DNA of 61,019 bases from Chrysochromulina tobinii (lineage: Eukaryota), in NCBI GenBank assembly GCA_001275005.1, contig JWZX01002355.1:1-61019 (forward strand). The letters run 5' to 3'. Positions 35,208-46,754 of this stretch are shown here, piece after piece. Under the pieces are notes generated by a model that was not told where the DNA came from, made no database searches, and saw only the letters and a list, made by a program, of their open reading frames with translations. The stretch's first letter is position 1. The number at the start of each line of letters is the position of its first letter. The position numbers were made by a program, and so were the translations under genes.

Positions 35208-36584
35208 GCTCCTTTGGTCTTGGCGCAGCCTCCAAAGGGCAAAGCGGATACTTCGAGAGGCCTCGTGCCCATCGCCGAGGCCGAGCTATTACATATGAGC
35301 ATGCCGCTGCCGCCCAGGCCGCCCCCGCCTGCGCCGACCGGCGACACGCCCGCTACCCTCCGCAGCGGCAAGGTGTCCTCATCGCCAGCGCAGCCGAGCG
35401 ACCGGAGCAGCAGTACTGCGACCCGCGATGGCTCCCAGCCGAGCGACCGGAGCACGAACGACAAAGTGAAGCGGCGGCCACCTAGCCCCGAGAAGGTGGC
35501 GTCGACGGCGCGGCGCAAGTCTTCCGACGCGGCTGCGCCGCCGCATCAGCTGCCGGTGACGACCAGCTCGACGGTCGCCTCTAGCTCGGCGGCTGACGAG
35601 GCCGAGGGCCGCGGCAAGGCGAAGCGCAGCGCGCGCTACCTGAGCAGCGAGCCGGGGCCCGCGCGCGAGGGCGTCCTCGAGCCGCTCACCAAGTACAGCG
35701 AGTATGAGGGTGAGCTCAACGACGCAGGACTCGCCAACGGGCATGGCTTCGGGCGCTGGCCGAATGGCGATGAGTACCTGGGCGACTGGAAGAATGACAA
35801 GCGCGAGGGGCAGGGCAGCTGCACGTTCGCGACGGGCGAGTTCTACGACGGCGACTGGAAGAATGACCGGCGCGAGGGCCTCGGGAGCACACGGTATTCG
35901 AGCGGAGACAAGTACGAGGGCGAGTGGCGAGCCGGCTTGCGCGAAGGGCGCGGCCGCGCCAAGTACGCCAACCGCGACCGGTACGAGGGCGAGTGGAAGT
36001 CGGACAAGAAGCAGGGCTTCGGCACCTTTTGGGCTGCGAGCGGCGAGGTGTACGAGGGCCAATGGCTCGTGGGCACTTATGATGGGCGCGGCACCTACCT
36101 TTACGCGAGCGGCGACGTGTACGAGGGCGAGTACAAGCAAGGGCGGCGCGAGGGTCGCGGCGTGTACTTGTACGCGGCGGGCGACGTCTACGAGGGCGAG
36201 TACAGGCAGGGCCGCATGGAGGGGCGCGGCATCTACCGGCTCGCCGATGGGTCTGCCGAGGTAGGTCAGTACAAGGGCGGCACAGACGTGGGCGAGGGCG
36301 CGCGCTGGTCGCCCGATCGGCAGCACGCGTGGCGGCTCAAGAACGGCAAGGTGGTCGAGGAGATCAGCGTCGAGGAGGCGGCGCATATCGCGGGCTCGCT
36401 CGGCCTCCCAGTTCCTAAGCCGGTGCTCACCGGCTCCCAAGCTGGCGAGGGAGTGGGCAGCTTCTTCCGCTCCTCTCCGCAGGGGCAGCAGCAGATGCAG
36501 CAGCAGAAGCTGCAGCTCGAGCTTGCCGAGCAAATGGGCTCGATGAGTATTGGTGCCGCGCCGCAGGTTCCCGTCGCCGGATGA
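35055..36584 (+). CDS. MORN-repeat protein
   Basis: About 8 repeats of YEGEWKxDKRxGxG; first ATG at 35055. Confidence 0.9.
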
Positions 36585-37306
36585 GCGTGGGCTGGTGATG
36601 CCCGTGATGCCCGTGATGACCAGATGGATGAGGACGATCTTTCGATTCGATGTATGAAGAGCCGAGGCGCCCGTTGTTGGCCCGAGCCGCCGAGCCGCCG
36701 AGGTGATACCATCTATGATGTGGATGTGTGCATGAGGGTCTCAGTGTTGCCGTTTTGCTGTGATCTCGCGGGAGACCTCGCCCCGATTCGAGTGCGGCGA
36801 CACCGGCCGGTGTAGGCTGTTGAGCCACCCGCCCGGTACCCCGGTGGTCGCGTGGGTCCGACGCATGCGCGCCGCGGGTCATGGCTTTCAAGTTTCATGC
36901 GCCACCGCTGCGCCCGGTTCACGTAGCGGTTCGAGCGACGATCTGGTTTATTGTGAGCCACAAGTGTCATCCCACATCCGCGCCTGTTCGTGTCATCCCG
37001 TCGGTGCTCGGCTGTATTACCAGTCCCAAACTCCCCCCGGAGCTCGACCTCGAGCTGGTATTTCTAATTTGACCAGTCCATGCGAATCCCCGGCACCCTG
37101 GCACCCTGCCGCCTCGCCCCCGCTGCCTCGCCCCTCGAACAGCCCCCTGAATCGCCCCCTCGCCGAAAAAACGCCTTTTTTTCATCGTGAAATTCACGAG
37201 ACTCGCTGGGCTTTTCACAGGAAAATTGGTCAGCAATATATTTGCTTGCTTGATCATTGCTTGCTTGGTCAGCAATCCAGAGAAAACCTTTTTAGGCATT
37301 TTCACA

Positions 37307-38281
37307 ATGGCGTCGACGTCCTCGTGCGATACGCAGCCGCCGTCGCCGGTCCAATGGCTCGGACCGCAGCAGATGCCGATGATTTTCGTGACGATGACCA
37401 ACACGAGCACCTTTCGCGCCGTCTCAATGAAAGCCACCATGGCGGAGCTCGGCGTACAGGTAGACGCCTTGGTCGTGCAGAGGCACCCACGCGGCTCCGT
37501 CATCGGCATCTTCGACTCGCACGTCAAGGCGTTGCGGCACATGAGCAACTTAGCTAAAACGATATGCTCGCCCTTATTCCTTGTTTTCGAGGACGACATC
37601 GTGCCCTCGCAGTATTATCGTCCCGAGGTGATGGAGACCATCATTGCCGAGCTGGTTGACAGCCACGACGACTTCGACATCGCGTACTTTGACTCCATCC
37701 AGTGGTTCCAGCTGCTGCCGTATTTTCCGCCGTGGCATCGCACAACGCTGCATACGCTAGACCACGCATGGTCGACGATGACTGCCAACGTTTATACGCG
37801 CGGCGGCCTCGCCAAGGTGCTCCCTATCTTGGAGGTGCGACTCGCCGAGATGCTGGCCGACAATGCCTCGGAGCCGCAGCATGTCGACCTATTCCTCGAG
37901 TCAGATGACCGAGCTAAGGGCATCGTGCGCCGCCAGATCGTCCCGTACATGTTCGACCAGAACTGGTTGCTCCCCTCGGGAAATGTAGACCGTTGCGACG
38001 CGAAGGGGATGGAGTGCTCCAACGCAGACAGCAGCGAGCAGGCCTTTGAGCAGGCATACCTGCGCGAAGGGGTGCACATTTCGTGGTCAAACGCGTGCTT
38101 CGAGGCTGGTGGCAACCCAGTGCGCTTCTACCTCATCTTCATCCCCACGTTCTTGCTCGCCACCTTGATCCCGATGTACTTCTGCTACCGATGCTATCGC
38201 AGCCGCACCTGCTGCTTTGCATGCTCTCCGCCGGACGCCGCGGTGCCGTCCGAAGGCAGTGCCCTTCTTGCGAAGACTTGA
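37307..38281 (+). CDS. GT25-like glycosyltransferase with C-terminal TM anchor
   Basis: GIFDSH, LVFEDDI, YTRGGLAKVL and HVDLFL, followed by a hydrophobic tail and a Cys cluster. Start uncertain. Confidence 0.6.
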   Translation: MASTSSCDTQPPSPVQWLGPQQMPMIFVTMTNTSTFRAVSMKATMAELGVQVDALVVQRHPRGSVIGIFDSHVKALRHMSNLAKTICSPLFLVFEDDIVPSQYYRPEVMETIIAELVDSHDDFDIAYFDSIQWFQLLPYFPPWHRTTLHTLDHAWSTMTANVYTRGGLAKVLPILEVRLAEMLADNASEPQHVDLFLESDDRAKGIVRRQIVPYMFDQNWLLPSGNVDRCDAKGMECSNADSSEQAFEQAYLREGVHISWSNACFEAGGNPVRFYLIFIPTFLLATLIPMYFCYRCYRSRTCCFACSPPDAAVPSEGSALLAKT

Positions 38282-38831
38282 CGTGGTGCGCGGTTGCGAA
38301 GGGCGTTGGTGCGTGGTGACGTCCACTTTGGTGTGGCGTGACTGAATTGTTATGCATCTGCTAAACAAAGACGAGGGACCTGATTAACAATTTGGCTCGT
38401 GCGCGCGCGCACAGTGCGTCTTTCATCGGATCCTCAGAAGGATATATAAGTTAACCCCTGCGACAGTCGATGGACGATGCACGATAGGGACATAGGGTGT
38501 CGTGCCGTCTGTCCGGCGCGGACGCGACGTCCGAGCGGACGACGCTCGACGGTCGACGCCGCCCGAGGACCGCGGCCGGACAGACGTCTAACAATATAAT
38601 GACGGTGCTCGGTGGTCAAACCACATGTCAAACCATCGGCGCGCCCGCCCCCGCGGAGGTCGGAGCGCGCGTTTCGACTTTCGTGTATCAGTATAATAGT
38701 AAATACACACGCGCCGCGTCGACAGGATATCAGGCACGATTCTCTCCGCTCGCTTTCTCAGCCCCCGTGCTGTGGCAGGCCACTTTCGCACCGGGGCATC
38801 ATGCGAACGTCATCATCATGCGATCCGGTCT

Positions 38832-40088
38832 TCAACGCTCGACGGCGCCTGGACCCCATCGCGGTGTACCCAGCTTGGAAAGCCACGCAGCCTTGGCAGC
38901 CTTGGCTGCGTCCTCGCTGGTGGCGACGGGCACCGGCGGGACAGGCGATGCGGGCGGCGCGACAAGAGAGGGCCCAGCGATGCCCTTGTTGCCCAGATCA
39001 GGTCTTGAGCCAAAGCTTGCATGCAGATCTTGTGACAGTGCCGCCTCCATGGCGGCAAAGCTTGCATGCAGATCTTGTGTGAATGCTGCCTCCATGGCGG
39101 CAAAGCTCGCATCGTCCTTGACAGAGCCATCAGCCTTGCCATCAGCCTCGCCGGCCGCATCGCGCTCGCCGCGGCTGCGCTTGCGATGGAGATAGCCCGT
39201 TGATGTGCCGCCTACGCCGCTGTTCTCGCCGGTCATGGTGTCCAGCACCTCAAAGTGCGCCGGGTCGAGCTTGTAGTCGGTGGTGACGACGATACAGCCT
39301 CGGCGCAGTCGCTGTGCGAGCGCTCTGGAGAGCCCTTCGAGAATGCCCTCGTCATTGGTCGTGATCGCCGTCGTGTACGCGAAGGCGACATCGACCTCTG
39401 CAAAGCAGTCGAGCTTCTCGTCCCAAGTGCCCTGGGTTAGGACGACCTCGTCGGTGCGCAGCAAGCCTGCTGCACGCGCCTCCTCGAGCTTCTCGACCGC
39501 CGTGCTGGCGAGCGACCGCAGGTACTCCACGCCGACGACACGACGCCAAGCGCTCGTCGCCGCGGCCCACAGCGCCAGCCTGCCTGCGCCAGACCCCAGG
39601 TCGATCAAGCTGCAGCTGCGGCGGTCGTCGCCGCAGCCGTGCAACTCGCACGCTCGATCGATGAGCCTATGGAAGAAGGGCAGCGGAAACTCACCGTACG
39701 TGAAGTCGGGGTTGGGCTCCTCATTGCGATGGACAAAGCTCCAGTAACCATCCTTTCGAGAGATGCCGTTCCTATCCGAGTACTCTTGAGCTGGGTAGAG
39801 CGACTTCTCGAAGATGGCGAGCGGCTCAGCATAGCACATCTGGAATGCTCGCAGCTCTGCTTCCGCGCGGTCATCGACAACCTCCGAGGCCTTTGCTGCC
39901 TCCTCCTCGATACGTCGCTGTCTCCTCGCTCTCATCTCGGCCTGCTGCGCGGCATACTGCTCAGCCGGTGAGAGGGCGAGCTGTGCTGGAGGGTGACGGT
40001 ATGCTCTAATGGGATAAATGAGCGCACCAACGCTAGGATTGAAGAGCGCCTTGGTCGCGCAGAGACTAGCGAGAAAGAGGAAGGTCAT
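38832..40088 (-). CDS. Class I SAM-dependent methyltransferase, DOT1-like, probably plastid-targeted
   Basis: TYGEFP, LIDLGSGAGRL, VGVEYL and LRRGCIVVT; presequence MTFLFLASLCATKALF. Confidence 0.8.
   Translation of the reverse strand: MTFLFLASLCATKALFNPSVGALIYPIRAYRHPPAQLALSPAEQYAAQQAEMRARRQRRIEEEAAKASEVVDDRAEAELRAFQMCYAEPLAIFEKSLYPAQEYSDRNGISRKDGYWSFVHRNEEPNPDFTYGEFPLPFFHRLIDRACELHGCGDDRRSCSLIDLGSGAGRLALWAAATSAWRRVVGVEYLRSLASTAVEKLEEARAAGLLRTDEVVLTQGTWDEKLDCFAEVDVAFAYTTAITTNDEGILEGLSRALAQRLRRGCIVVTTDYKLDPAHFEVLDTMTGENSGVGGTSTGYLHRKRSRGERDAAGEADGKADGSVKDDASFAAMEAAFTQDLHASFAAMEAALSQDLHASFGSRPDLGNKGIAGPSLVAPPASPVPPVPVATSEDAAKAAKAAWLSKLGTPRWGPGAVER
39010..39110 (-). repeat. 45-nt coding tandem repeat (ASFAAMEAAxxQDLH x2+)
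   Basis: Directly visible duplication. Confidence 0.85.
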
Positions 40089-40439
40089 CCCCAGGAATCC
40101 AGGCCGCGTGTGATGATGTGAGAGAGCGTTCTTCGGACCCCATTGCACATTTCCTCTCCGTCGCCACGGACGACGTTTGCGTGGCGGGAGATGTAGGGGA
40201 GGTTTCGGATTCGCCCGACACATCCAAACTTGAATTTCCAAATTAAGTTGAATTGATTTCAGCGCGTGTTTTGCTACCCTCATGAGGCGTTTTGCGGCGA
40301 GGTCGCCTCTCCCACACATCCTCGCGGCCGAAGGGGACGAGAGTCGAGAATGGTGCAGCCTGAAGACGCGAATGGGGCACTCGCACACGCCGTGTGAAAT
40401 CCATGAAAGCATGGTCACTGCAGTGGAGCTTTCCGTTCG

Positions 40440-41252
40440 TTGCCACCCCACCGGCACGGGTTATCACCCCTGCGCTCTGTCGTTCAATTCCTCGCATTGT
40501 GTGTGCAGTTTGTGGCGGCGCTGACATGCATCGCGCTCACGAATCCACCCGTGGTGGTCATGCCAGTGGGCGCTCTGTTCTCAAGGGGTGACGAACCCAA
40601 TGTGAAAGAAGACGGCATGAGGGTCAGCGCCAATGCCCAGATGAGAAAATTGTCGGGCGGCGCAGTTGAGGAGAAGGAAGTCGAGGAGGAGAAGGAGGAG
40701 GAGGACCTCTCTGCCGGTGGCCCGGTGGCCCGTCGCGTCCTCCTCGAGATTGCTGGGTTCGAGAAGCTGTCGGACGAGTTCTTCGTCGTCCGCGACACGA
40801 CAGACGGTCGCGGCCGTGGGCTTTTCGTCGCGAAGCCAATCGCGGCCGAGACGTACCTCTTCGACTACCTGGACAGCCCAGCCTTTATCATCGACCAGGT
40901 CGAGTTTGAGCGGCGATATGAAAACCCGACGGGCACGCAATCGGGGGACTACGCGATCGGCATCACGCTGCCCGACGGTGTGCACGTTTACCTCGACGCA
41001 CAGGACCTACTCAGCAGCAAGCACGCCCGGTTCATGAACCACGCCGAGGACGCGCCGACCCGCAACTGCGAGTGCTGGACGATAACTCCGCCGACGAGCG
41101 ATCATGTGCGAGCGATGCTCTTTGCGTCACGCGACCTCGTTGTGGGCGAGGAGCTCTGCTGGGACTACGGCGCCGACTATTGGCGGGGGCGCGAGGACAA
41201 GGTGGACGAGGCTCGGCGCCCATGGTGGAAGCCGACGTGGTGGACCTCGTGA
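40440..41252 (+). CDS. SET-domain protein lysine methyltransferase
   Basis: GRGLF, RFMNH and GEELCWDYGADYW. Start uncertain; first in-frame ATG is at 40560. Confidence 0.85.
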   Translation: MPPHRHGLSPLRSVVQFLALCVQFVAALTCIALTNPPVVVMPVGALFSRGDEPNVKEDGMRVSANAQMRKLSGGAVEEKEVEEEKEEEDLSAGGPVARRVLLEIAGFEKLSDEFFVVRDTTDGRGRGLFVAKPIAAETYLFDYLDSPAFIIDQVEFERRYENPTGTQSGDYAIGITLPDGVHVYLDAQDLLSSKHARFMNHAEDAPTRNCECWTITPPTSDHVRAMLFASRDLVVGEELCWDYGADYWRGREDKVDEARRPWWKPTWWTS

Positions 41253-41280
41253 GAAGAGTTCGCACACGCGTTGAGGGAAG

Positions 41281-41326
41281 GGGAGATTACCCAAGGGAGA
41301 TTACCCAAGGGAGATTACCCAAGGGA
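41281..41326 (+). repeat. (GGGAGATTACCCAA)3 tandem repeat
   Basis: Three exact 14-nt units after the SET stop codon. Confidence 0.9.
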
Positions 41327-41562
41327 TATCCGAGGAGATTGGGGAGCGACCAGATCGACCAGTCGCGGGCCCGCCGATAGATCCGATAGAAATTTTTCTT
41401 ATTAGAGAAAAAGCGCGTGTCATAACCGCAACATCAACCGCAAACTCTTTTTGTGCGTCAAATAAATGCACAAGATCCTGGGTGTGTTTCCTAAACATCT
41501 GGTCTACACACAGTCGAGCTTTCCCGTATCTGTGGAACCTGTGTTGGCGTCTGACTGTGTCG

Positions 41563-43094
41563 TCACCAGAGCGAGGGCTGGGCGAGGGGTCCGCTTGGCC
41601 TCCCGGCCGCACCGTCGGATCCGGGCGGCGGGCTTGGGCTGCGCGCCGCGGCGCGCCGTGCCTTGAGTGCCGCCTGGCTGCCATACAGGGGATCCGGCCC
41701 TTGCATTGGTGCGGCGACGCCGTGATACTGCGGCGCCGGCGCATACTCGTACGCGTCACTGGGATGATACCGTGGCGGCGACGGCGGCAAGTTGTGTGGC
41801 TCCGGAAGCCTCGGCTGCTGAAGCGCCGGCGTGCCAGCTGCTAGCATCTCCATCGGATTGGGGACGCCGCGCGCCGCCCTCCGTCGAGCTTTGAGCGCCT
41901 CTTGGCTACCATAGTCGTTGGGTGGGGGCGCCGGCTGCACACGCGGCACGTGATTCCCGGCCTTCATCGCCGTCGGTGGTGCCAGTGGCGCCCCTGCTGC
42001 CATCATCTCCACCGGCGACGGCACTCCGCGCGCTGCTCTCCGCCGTGCCCTGAGTGCCTCTTGCGAGCCATACTCTTGATTTGGCGGTGGTGGTACGTTG
42101 ACGTAGCCGAGGCCGTCGAGGTACGCGGGCTCGGGGCCGCCGCCGCCAGGGTAGCCTCGGCCGACGGGTGCGTAGCCTATGCGGTATTGCTCCGGTGGCA
42201 TGGTCCTTTCCGGAGGGTTGGCGCCACCAAACAGCGGATTCGAGCCTGATGAGGGAGGCAATCAGAGCTGTGATCAGAGGTGTTCAGTGGCCATCAGTGG
42301 CCATCAGTAGCAATCGAGGCTCGAGTCTGATGGCTCGTGCCTTGCGCACGGCGGCGAGTCTCAGCTGCTTGCGCGTCCGCCATTTGATCCGGCCGCAGGC
42401 CATTAGTCAGTCCTCCACCAGCGGCGTGTCCTCCACCAGCGGCGTGTCCTCCACCAGCGGCGTGTCCTCCACCAGCGGCGTTGCGCTGCATCGATCTGTT
42501 GAACTCGTCAAAGGTCAGCAGGCCATCGCCATCTTCGTCCGCCTCCATGAAGGCCGCTGCCGCGTGCTGCTGCTGAAACTGCTGCTGCTGCTGCTGCTGA
42601 CGCTGCTGCTGCTGCCGCCGTTGCTGCTGAATTTCTCGTTCTTGCTCCTGATCCTGTTGCTGCTGCTGCTGCCACTGCTGCTGCCGACCGATCAGACCGA
42701 GCTGCCACGGCTGCAGCGAGCGTTTTGTATCTTCTCCGATCACGGTGATTTCCTCATCCGAGATTCGGCCGGACCGTCCGCGGACGGTCCTTGTTGGCAT
42801 GCCGCCGCCGAAGCTGCTGCTGCTGGAACTACCGGCGCCGCGGTCTCCTCTGCACAGTGTCTGGATTTGTGGCGGAGCAACTCTGCGACAAGCGGTGAGC
42901 ACTGGCCCGTCTGCGGCCATAATCTCGGCCATGCTGCTGCCCCTTTGCGACTCTTTGATTACCTTCCACCTTTCCTCATTGTCGACCTCAGGAGGGACCT
43001 CGACCGCCTGCCTGCCGCTCCGATGAAGGCTTCCCAGGATATCTGAAGGCGTCCGAACCGTCGACGGGAAAGGCATGCCGCTCATGACCGGCAT
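41563..43094 (-). CDS. PolyQ/EF-hand protein with repeated basic motif (exons 43094-42341, 42245-41563)
   Basis: DEDGDGLLTFDEF, polyQ, (AAGGGH)n and YGSQxALxARRxAAR x3. A GC-AG intron joins the two ORFs in frame (RRRAQG|SNPLF). Confidence 0.75.
42246..42340 (-). other. GC-AG intron (95 nt) with CTGATGGCCA-type repeats
   Basis: CAAG|GCACGA...CTGATTGCCTCCCTCATCAG|GC. Confidence 0.8.
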
Positions 43095-43298
43095 TGGTTC
43101 AACTTTGGGCCAATTCCGCAACGTGTCAGACGAAACTCGAAGCCGGATCTGCGTCCGAGAGAGTAGACGAGTACATCAAAGCAAGCAAGCAACATCGATC
43201 TTCGCGTGTCCCACCGTCCCTTCCCCACTGTATGTACATTTCTCGTCCTGCCGTTCCGAAACATACCGCACCGCACTTTCCGCGCTACAAGTACCGCT

Positions 43299-44969
43299 AT
43301 GCCGACTCCCATACCTTGGATGACGACAGCGGCGGCGGCGGCAGCAAACGAGAGCGCGATATCCGCCGCATGCGAAGACTTCTATGCTCGCGAGGAGCCC
43401 AAAGGGCACTGCCATTGCCTTGGGCCGAACGATAACGCGACGGCGAGCATCGCAGCGGCGATGGCGTCCCAGAGACCGTCTCTCACTATACACACTCAGG
43501 ACAGAGGCGGGACGAGTGGCCTCGCGCTACTTCTCCGTGGTGGCGCGTATCGAGGCTCGATGGACAACTCAGCTGCCGAGCGTGAATCTGCGCAGCTGCG
43601 GTGCGTGCAGTCCGCGATGCGCCGGCTCGTGCAGCCTCTTGTAGATGACGGTGTGAGGGTGCGAGTATTCATGACCGTATACGACAACTTGAATGCGACG
43701 GCCTTGGCACTGCTGCGCGAGCCTTTTGGCAAGCACCTGGCCACGATCACCACGATCGCGGCGCGCGAGTCTGAGCAGCTGACTATGACCGCCAACGCGC
43801 TCGCCAGCTTTCTGGCGCACTGTGAGGAACAGCGAGAGGCCTTCGACGCGGTCCTCCTCACGCGGCTGGATCTCTCTTTTAAAATGGATGTGAGGGCGCT
43901 CCTCGGCCCGCCGTCGCAGCTGCGCGGAATTCGCTTCCTCTGGCAGGAGCTCGAGGCCGGCACCAAATGGCGGTTCCTCTGGCCGGCAGCCTACCTTGGC
44001 GCGTTTTCAAGCCGCCTCTCATCAAGCGACATTGCGCACCTCAATCTCACCCTGGCGCGGCAGAAGCGTGAGCGCAGCCTGGTGCTCACACCGCCCTACT
44101 GGCGAAGCACGCACCGGACCGCGGACACCCTCCACGCATTCAGCTTCCGCCTCTGCCGCTGCTTCTACCGGGCCGTTCGGATGGAGATGACACGGGGCTG
44201 GGCCGCCACCCCTCGCCCCGCCTCGCCCGAGGTGCCGATGCATGTCGTGGCCTGGCGGCCTACACCCGTGACCAACCACTGGCTGCACAAGATGCAGTAC
44301 CACTTGTGGCGCGCGGTGCAGGGCCACATGGGCGTCCTCGTGCCGAATGGAACTTTTGACTCCAACCCTTGCAGCACCACTTGCATGCTCAACCCAGTGT
44401 ACGACATCCTGCCGCGGATGGATTGGGTCGTGCGCAGCGGCATCTGCCAGTCGCCGGACGAGTTTGTGTACGATCCGATCAGTCAGACCCTCTGCTGCCC
44501 GAGCCCCGACTATTGCTGCCCGAATAGCGTCCTCTCATGCTCAGATCCGAACGCCATCTTATTCGACGCCGCAGCCGCGGGCGCTGGGCGCGGCGTGCCT
44601 CGAGAGACTATTGAGAGCGGATGGCGGCGCCACTATCTGCAACGTTCGGGCCTGATGCCCAAACCGAACTGGAGTGCGCCGATCCCAGGCACCCAATGGC
44701 GCCGCGCCATTTCAGATGCAGCGAGCCGGTTGGCCGAGACGGCGTGCCCATCAAGCGAGTGGTCGGACGGCGAGACTGGGCGCACCGGATGCCTCTTCGC
44801 CATGACCGAGCCAAGCGTGCAGCTTGTTAGAGACGTTTGGCTCCATGCGCCCGAGTGGACGACGGCTTGGCCTGTGAATGACGACGAGTCCACGACCAAG
44901 AGCCAGGCCACCCAGGCCCTGCGAGAGGCCTCAACGCCGGTGGGCCGCCGTCTCAGATCGGATGCGTGA
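43299..44969 (+). CDS. Uncharacterised protein with Cys-rich C-terminal region, possibly glycosyltransferase-like
   Basis: Long ORF with coding-like bias; FDAVLLTRLDL and CCPSPDYCCP. Start uncertain. Confidence 0.6.
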   Translation: MPTPIPWMTTAAAAAANESAISAACEDFYAREEPKGHCHCLGPNDNATASIAAAMASQRPSLTIHTQDRGGTSGLALLLRGGAYRGSMDNSAAERESAQLRCVQSAMRRLVQPLVDDGVRVRVFMTVYDNLNATALALLREPFGKHLATITTIAARESEQLTMTANALASFLAHCEEQREAFDAVLLTRLDLSFKMDVRALLGPPSQLRGIRFLWQELEAGTKWRFLWPAAYLGAFSSRLSSSDIAHLNLTLARQKRERSLVLTPPYWRSTHRTADTLHAFSFRLCRCFYRAVRMEMTRGWAATPRPASPEVPMHVVAWRPTPVTNHWLHKMQYHLWRAVQGHMGVLVPNGTFDSNPCSTTCMLNPVYDILPRMDWVVRSGICQSPDEFVYDPISQTLCCPSPDYCCPNSVLSCSDPNAILFDAAAAGAGRGVPRETIESGWRRHYLQRSGLMPKPNWSAPIPGTQWRRAISDAASRLAETACPSSEWSDGETGRTGCLFAMTEPSVQLVRDVWLHAPEWTTAWPVNDDESTTKSQATQALREASTPVGRRLRSDA

Positions 44970-45877
44970 AAGACTAAGTAGTACCATCACAGAAGTGAGA
45001 AGAGCGCCGTGTTTTTGTTAGCCTCTTTTTTGTTTTTACGCTGGGCCGTGCGGCGGCGACACCGACGTGGTCGTATCGTTAGTCTCACATGTAGCGCGGG
45101 GGCGGCGTCCGCGGTCGCCGCAACCCGCATGGAACGCCGGTCTGGCGTGCCGGCGTGTCGGCGGCGACCCCGCTCGCTCGCTCACCGGTTCCGAGAGACA
45201 GTTCTGTAATATGGCGACCGCGTCGACGACCATCGCAGCACGACCTCGGTCCTGCGCGCCGTCGCGTGCTTCGGGTCGTACCGAGCTGTACCAGTGTAGC
45301 TACGGACGACGCTCGACGGCGCGCCGCCGGGGACAGGAGTCGGCGCGGTGGGGCTCGGCAGTGGCGCTGCCCTGGCGCTGCTCCCTGCCTTTTGGGATTT
45401 GGCGGGGGTGGGTGGCCGCACCCGCGTGGCGCGGAGGTTAGCGAGTCGGCTCGGTTACCCGCTTCGTCTTACCCCCCCGAGCGTCGCGCTCGCGGCGCGA
45501 GCGACGAGAGGCACGGGCGCGCGACTCAGAAGAAATAAAGATCACGCTGGGTGCAGAGTCCACCGTTTCCGGGATCTCGCACTTGGACATGAACACTACG
45601 TTTGCAGGCGTGCGCGGGGGCGGTGTTTTCGGTTCTTGGTTCATCTTTAGACTTTACATAGGATATCATGTACGCGCGGACCGGGGGTAGCGCGTTACTG
45701 ACGTTTTCTCTCGTCGAGATCTCTCGGAAATATTGCCGGCAATCGGAGGGCTCTCGAGCTCTAGCTGGCGGCGGGACTCGCACGTAAAACTGTCGCCGCC
45801 CGCTTCCATGGCCGCACTGGTCGCTCTCCTGTGCTCTCGGCTCTCCGTGTTTCCCGGCTGCGTCCTCGCCAGGGAGA

Positions 45878-46589
45878 TCAGAATCCTTTGGGTACGAACG
45901 AGGCGACGATGTTCTTGTACAGCTCCTGACGCTTCGGCCACTTCTTGTTGGAGGTGACCGTGGTGACACGGTACAGCTTGCCCCGGTTGATGCAAAGCGC
46001 GAGCAGCTCGTGGTACAGCTCGCCCTTGAGCTCGAAGGTATACACGAGGCTCCCCTCTACATCGCTCTCCTCCGCTTTCACAAGCTCTGCATTTCGGCTC
46101 TTGGCGAACTTGGCGCCGACGGTCGGCAGGTCACCGAGCGCCGAGACGGAAGTTGCCGTGGCCACGGGCGATGTGCTCACCTGCACTGTCGTCTCCGGCT
46201 CGATGACGTCCTGGAACTTGACGTCGTACACGCCCGGATCGGACTCGAACTTGTTCCAGCCCTTTGGTGAGTAGAGCTTGTAGCCCTTTTGCGTGTCGAT
46301 GTACGGCTCCAGCAGGCCGCCCATCTGTGGAGGCGGGAGTCATGGTGGCATGGGTAAGACAAGAGCTTAGGGGGCGGCTGCTCGCGGCGCGTGAGCTGCG
46401 TGATCGCAAGGCGCGGACCTTGCTGAAGGTGGGCTCCGCGGCGCTGGCAGCGTGCAAGCCGCCGAATGCTGCGGCGGCAACGGTGGCTCCCGCAGCCTGC
46501 ACAGCGCTGCGGCGGCAAAAAAGCGGCGGCGCCGCAGTCGGCGACGTCGGCAACAGCAGCGCGGTGAGCGAGCACAGGACAGTCAGCAT
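45878..46589 (-). CDS. PsbP-family thylakoid lumen protein (exons 46589-46419, 46324-45878; intron 46325-46418)
   Basis: Signal plus twin-Arg Tat presequence (RRSAV...AASA); GYKLYSPKGW, DVKFQD, NRGKLY, KKW and IVASF; AAG|GT...CAG|ATG. Confidence 0.88.
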
Positions 46590-46754
46590 CGCGAAATGGA
46601 GATTATAGCGAATCTACAGGGAAGTGTCTCTTATCAGAAAGAGTGTTCTCTGGGCTCGACCAACACAACTCGCACTGGATCGGACACGTTTCGAACTTCC
46701 TTGTTCGGATTCCTCCCACGGTGTTTCCATCTCAAGAGAAAGTGCATTAGCGGC

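Noticed and set aside
40089..40457. N-terminal extension of the methyltransferase ORF
   Set aside because: Non-coding-like composition; a good presequence begins at ATG 40088.
45009..45870. Short GC-rich ORFs between the uncharacterised gene and the PsbP gene
   Set aside because: No consistent codon bias or motif in any frame; a small gene cannot be excluded but is unsupported.
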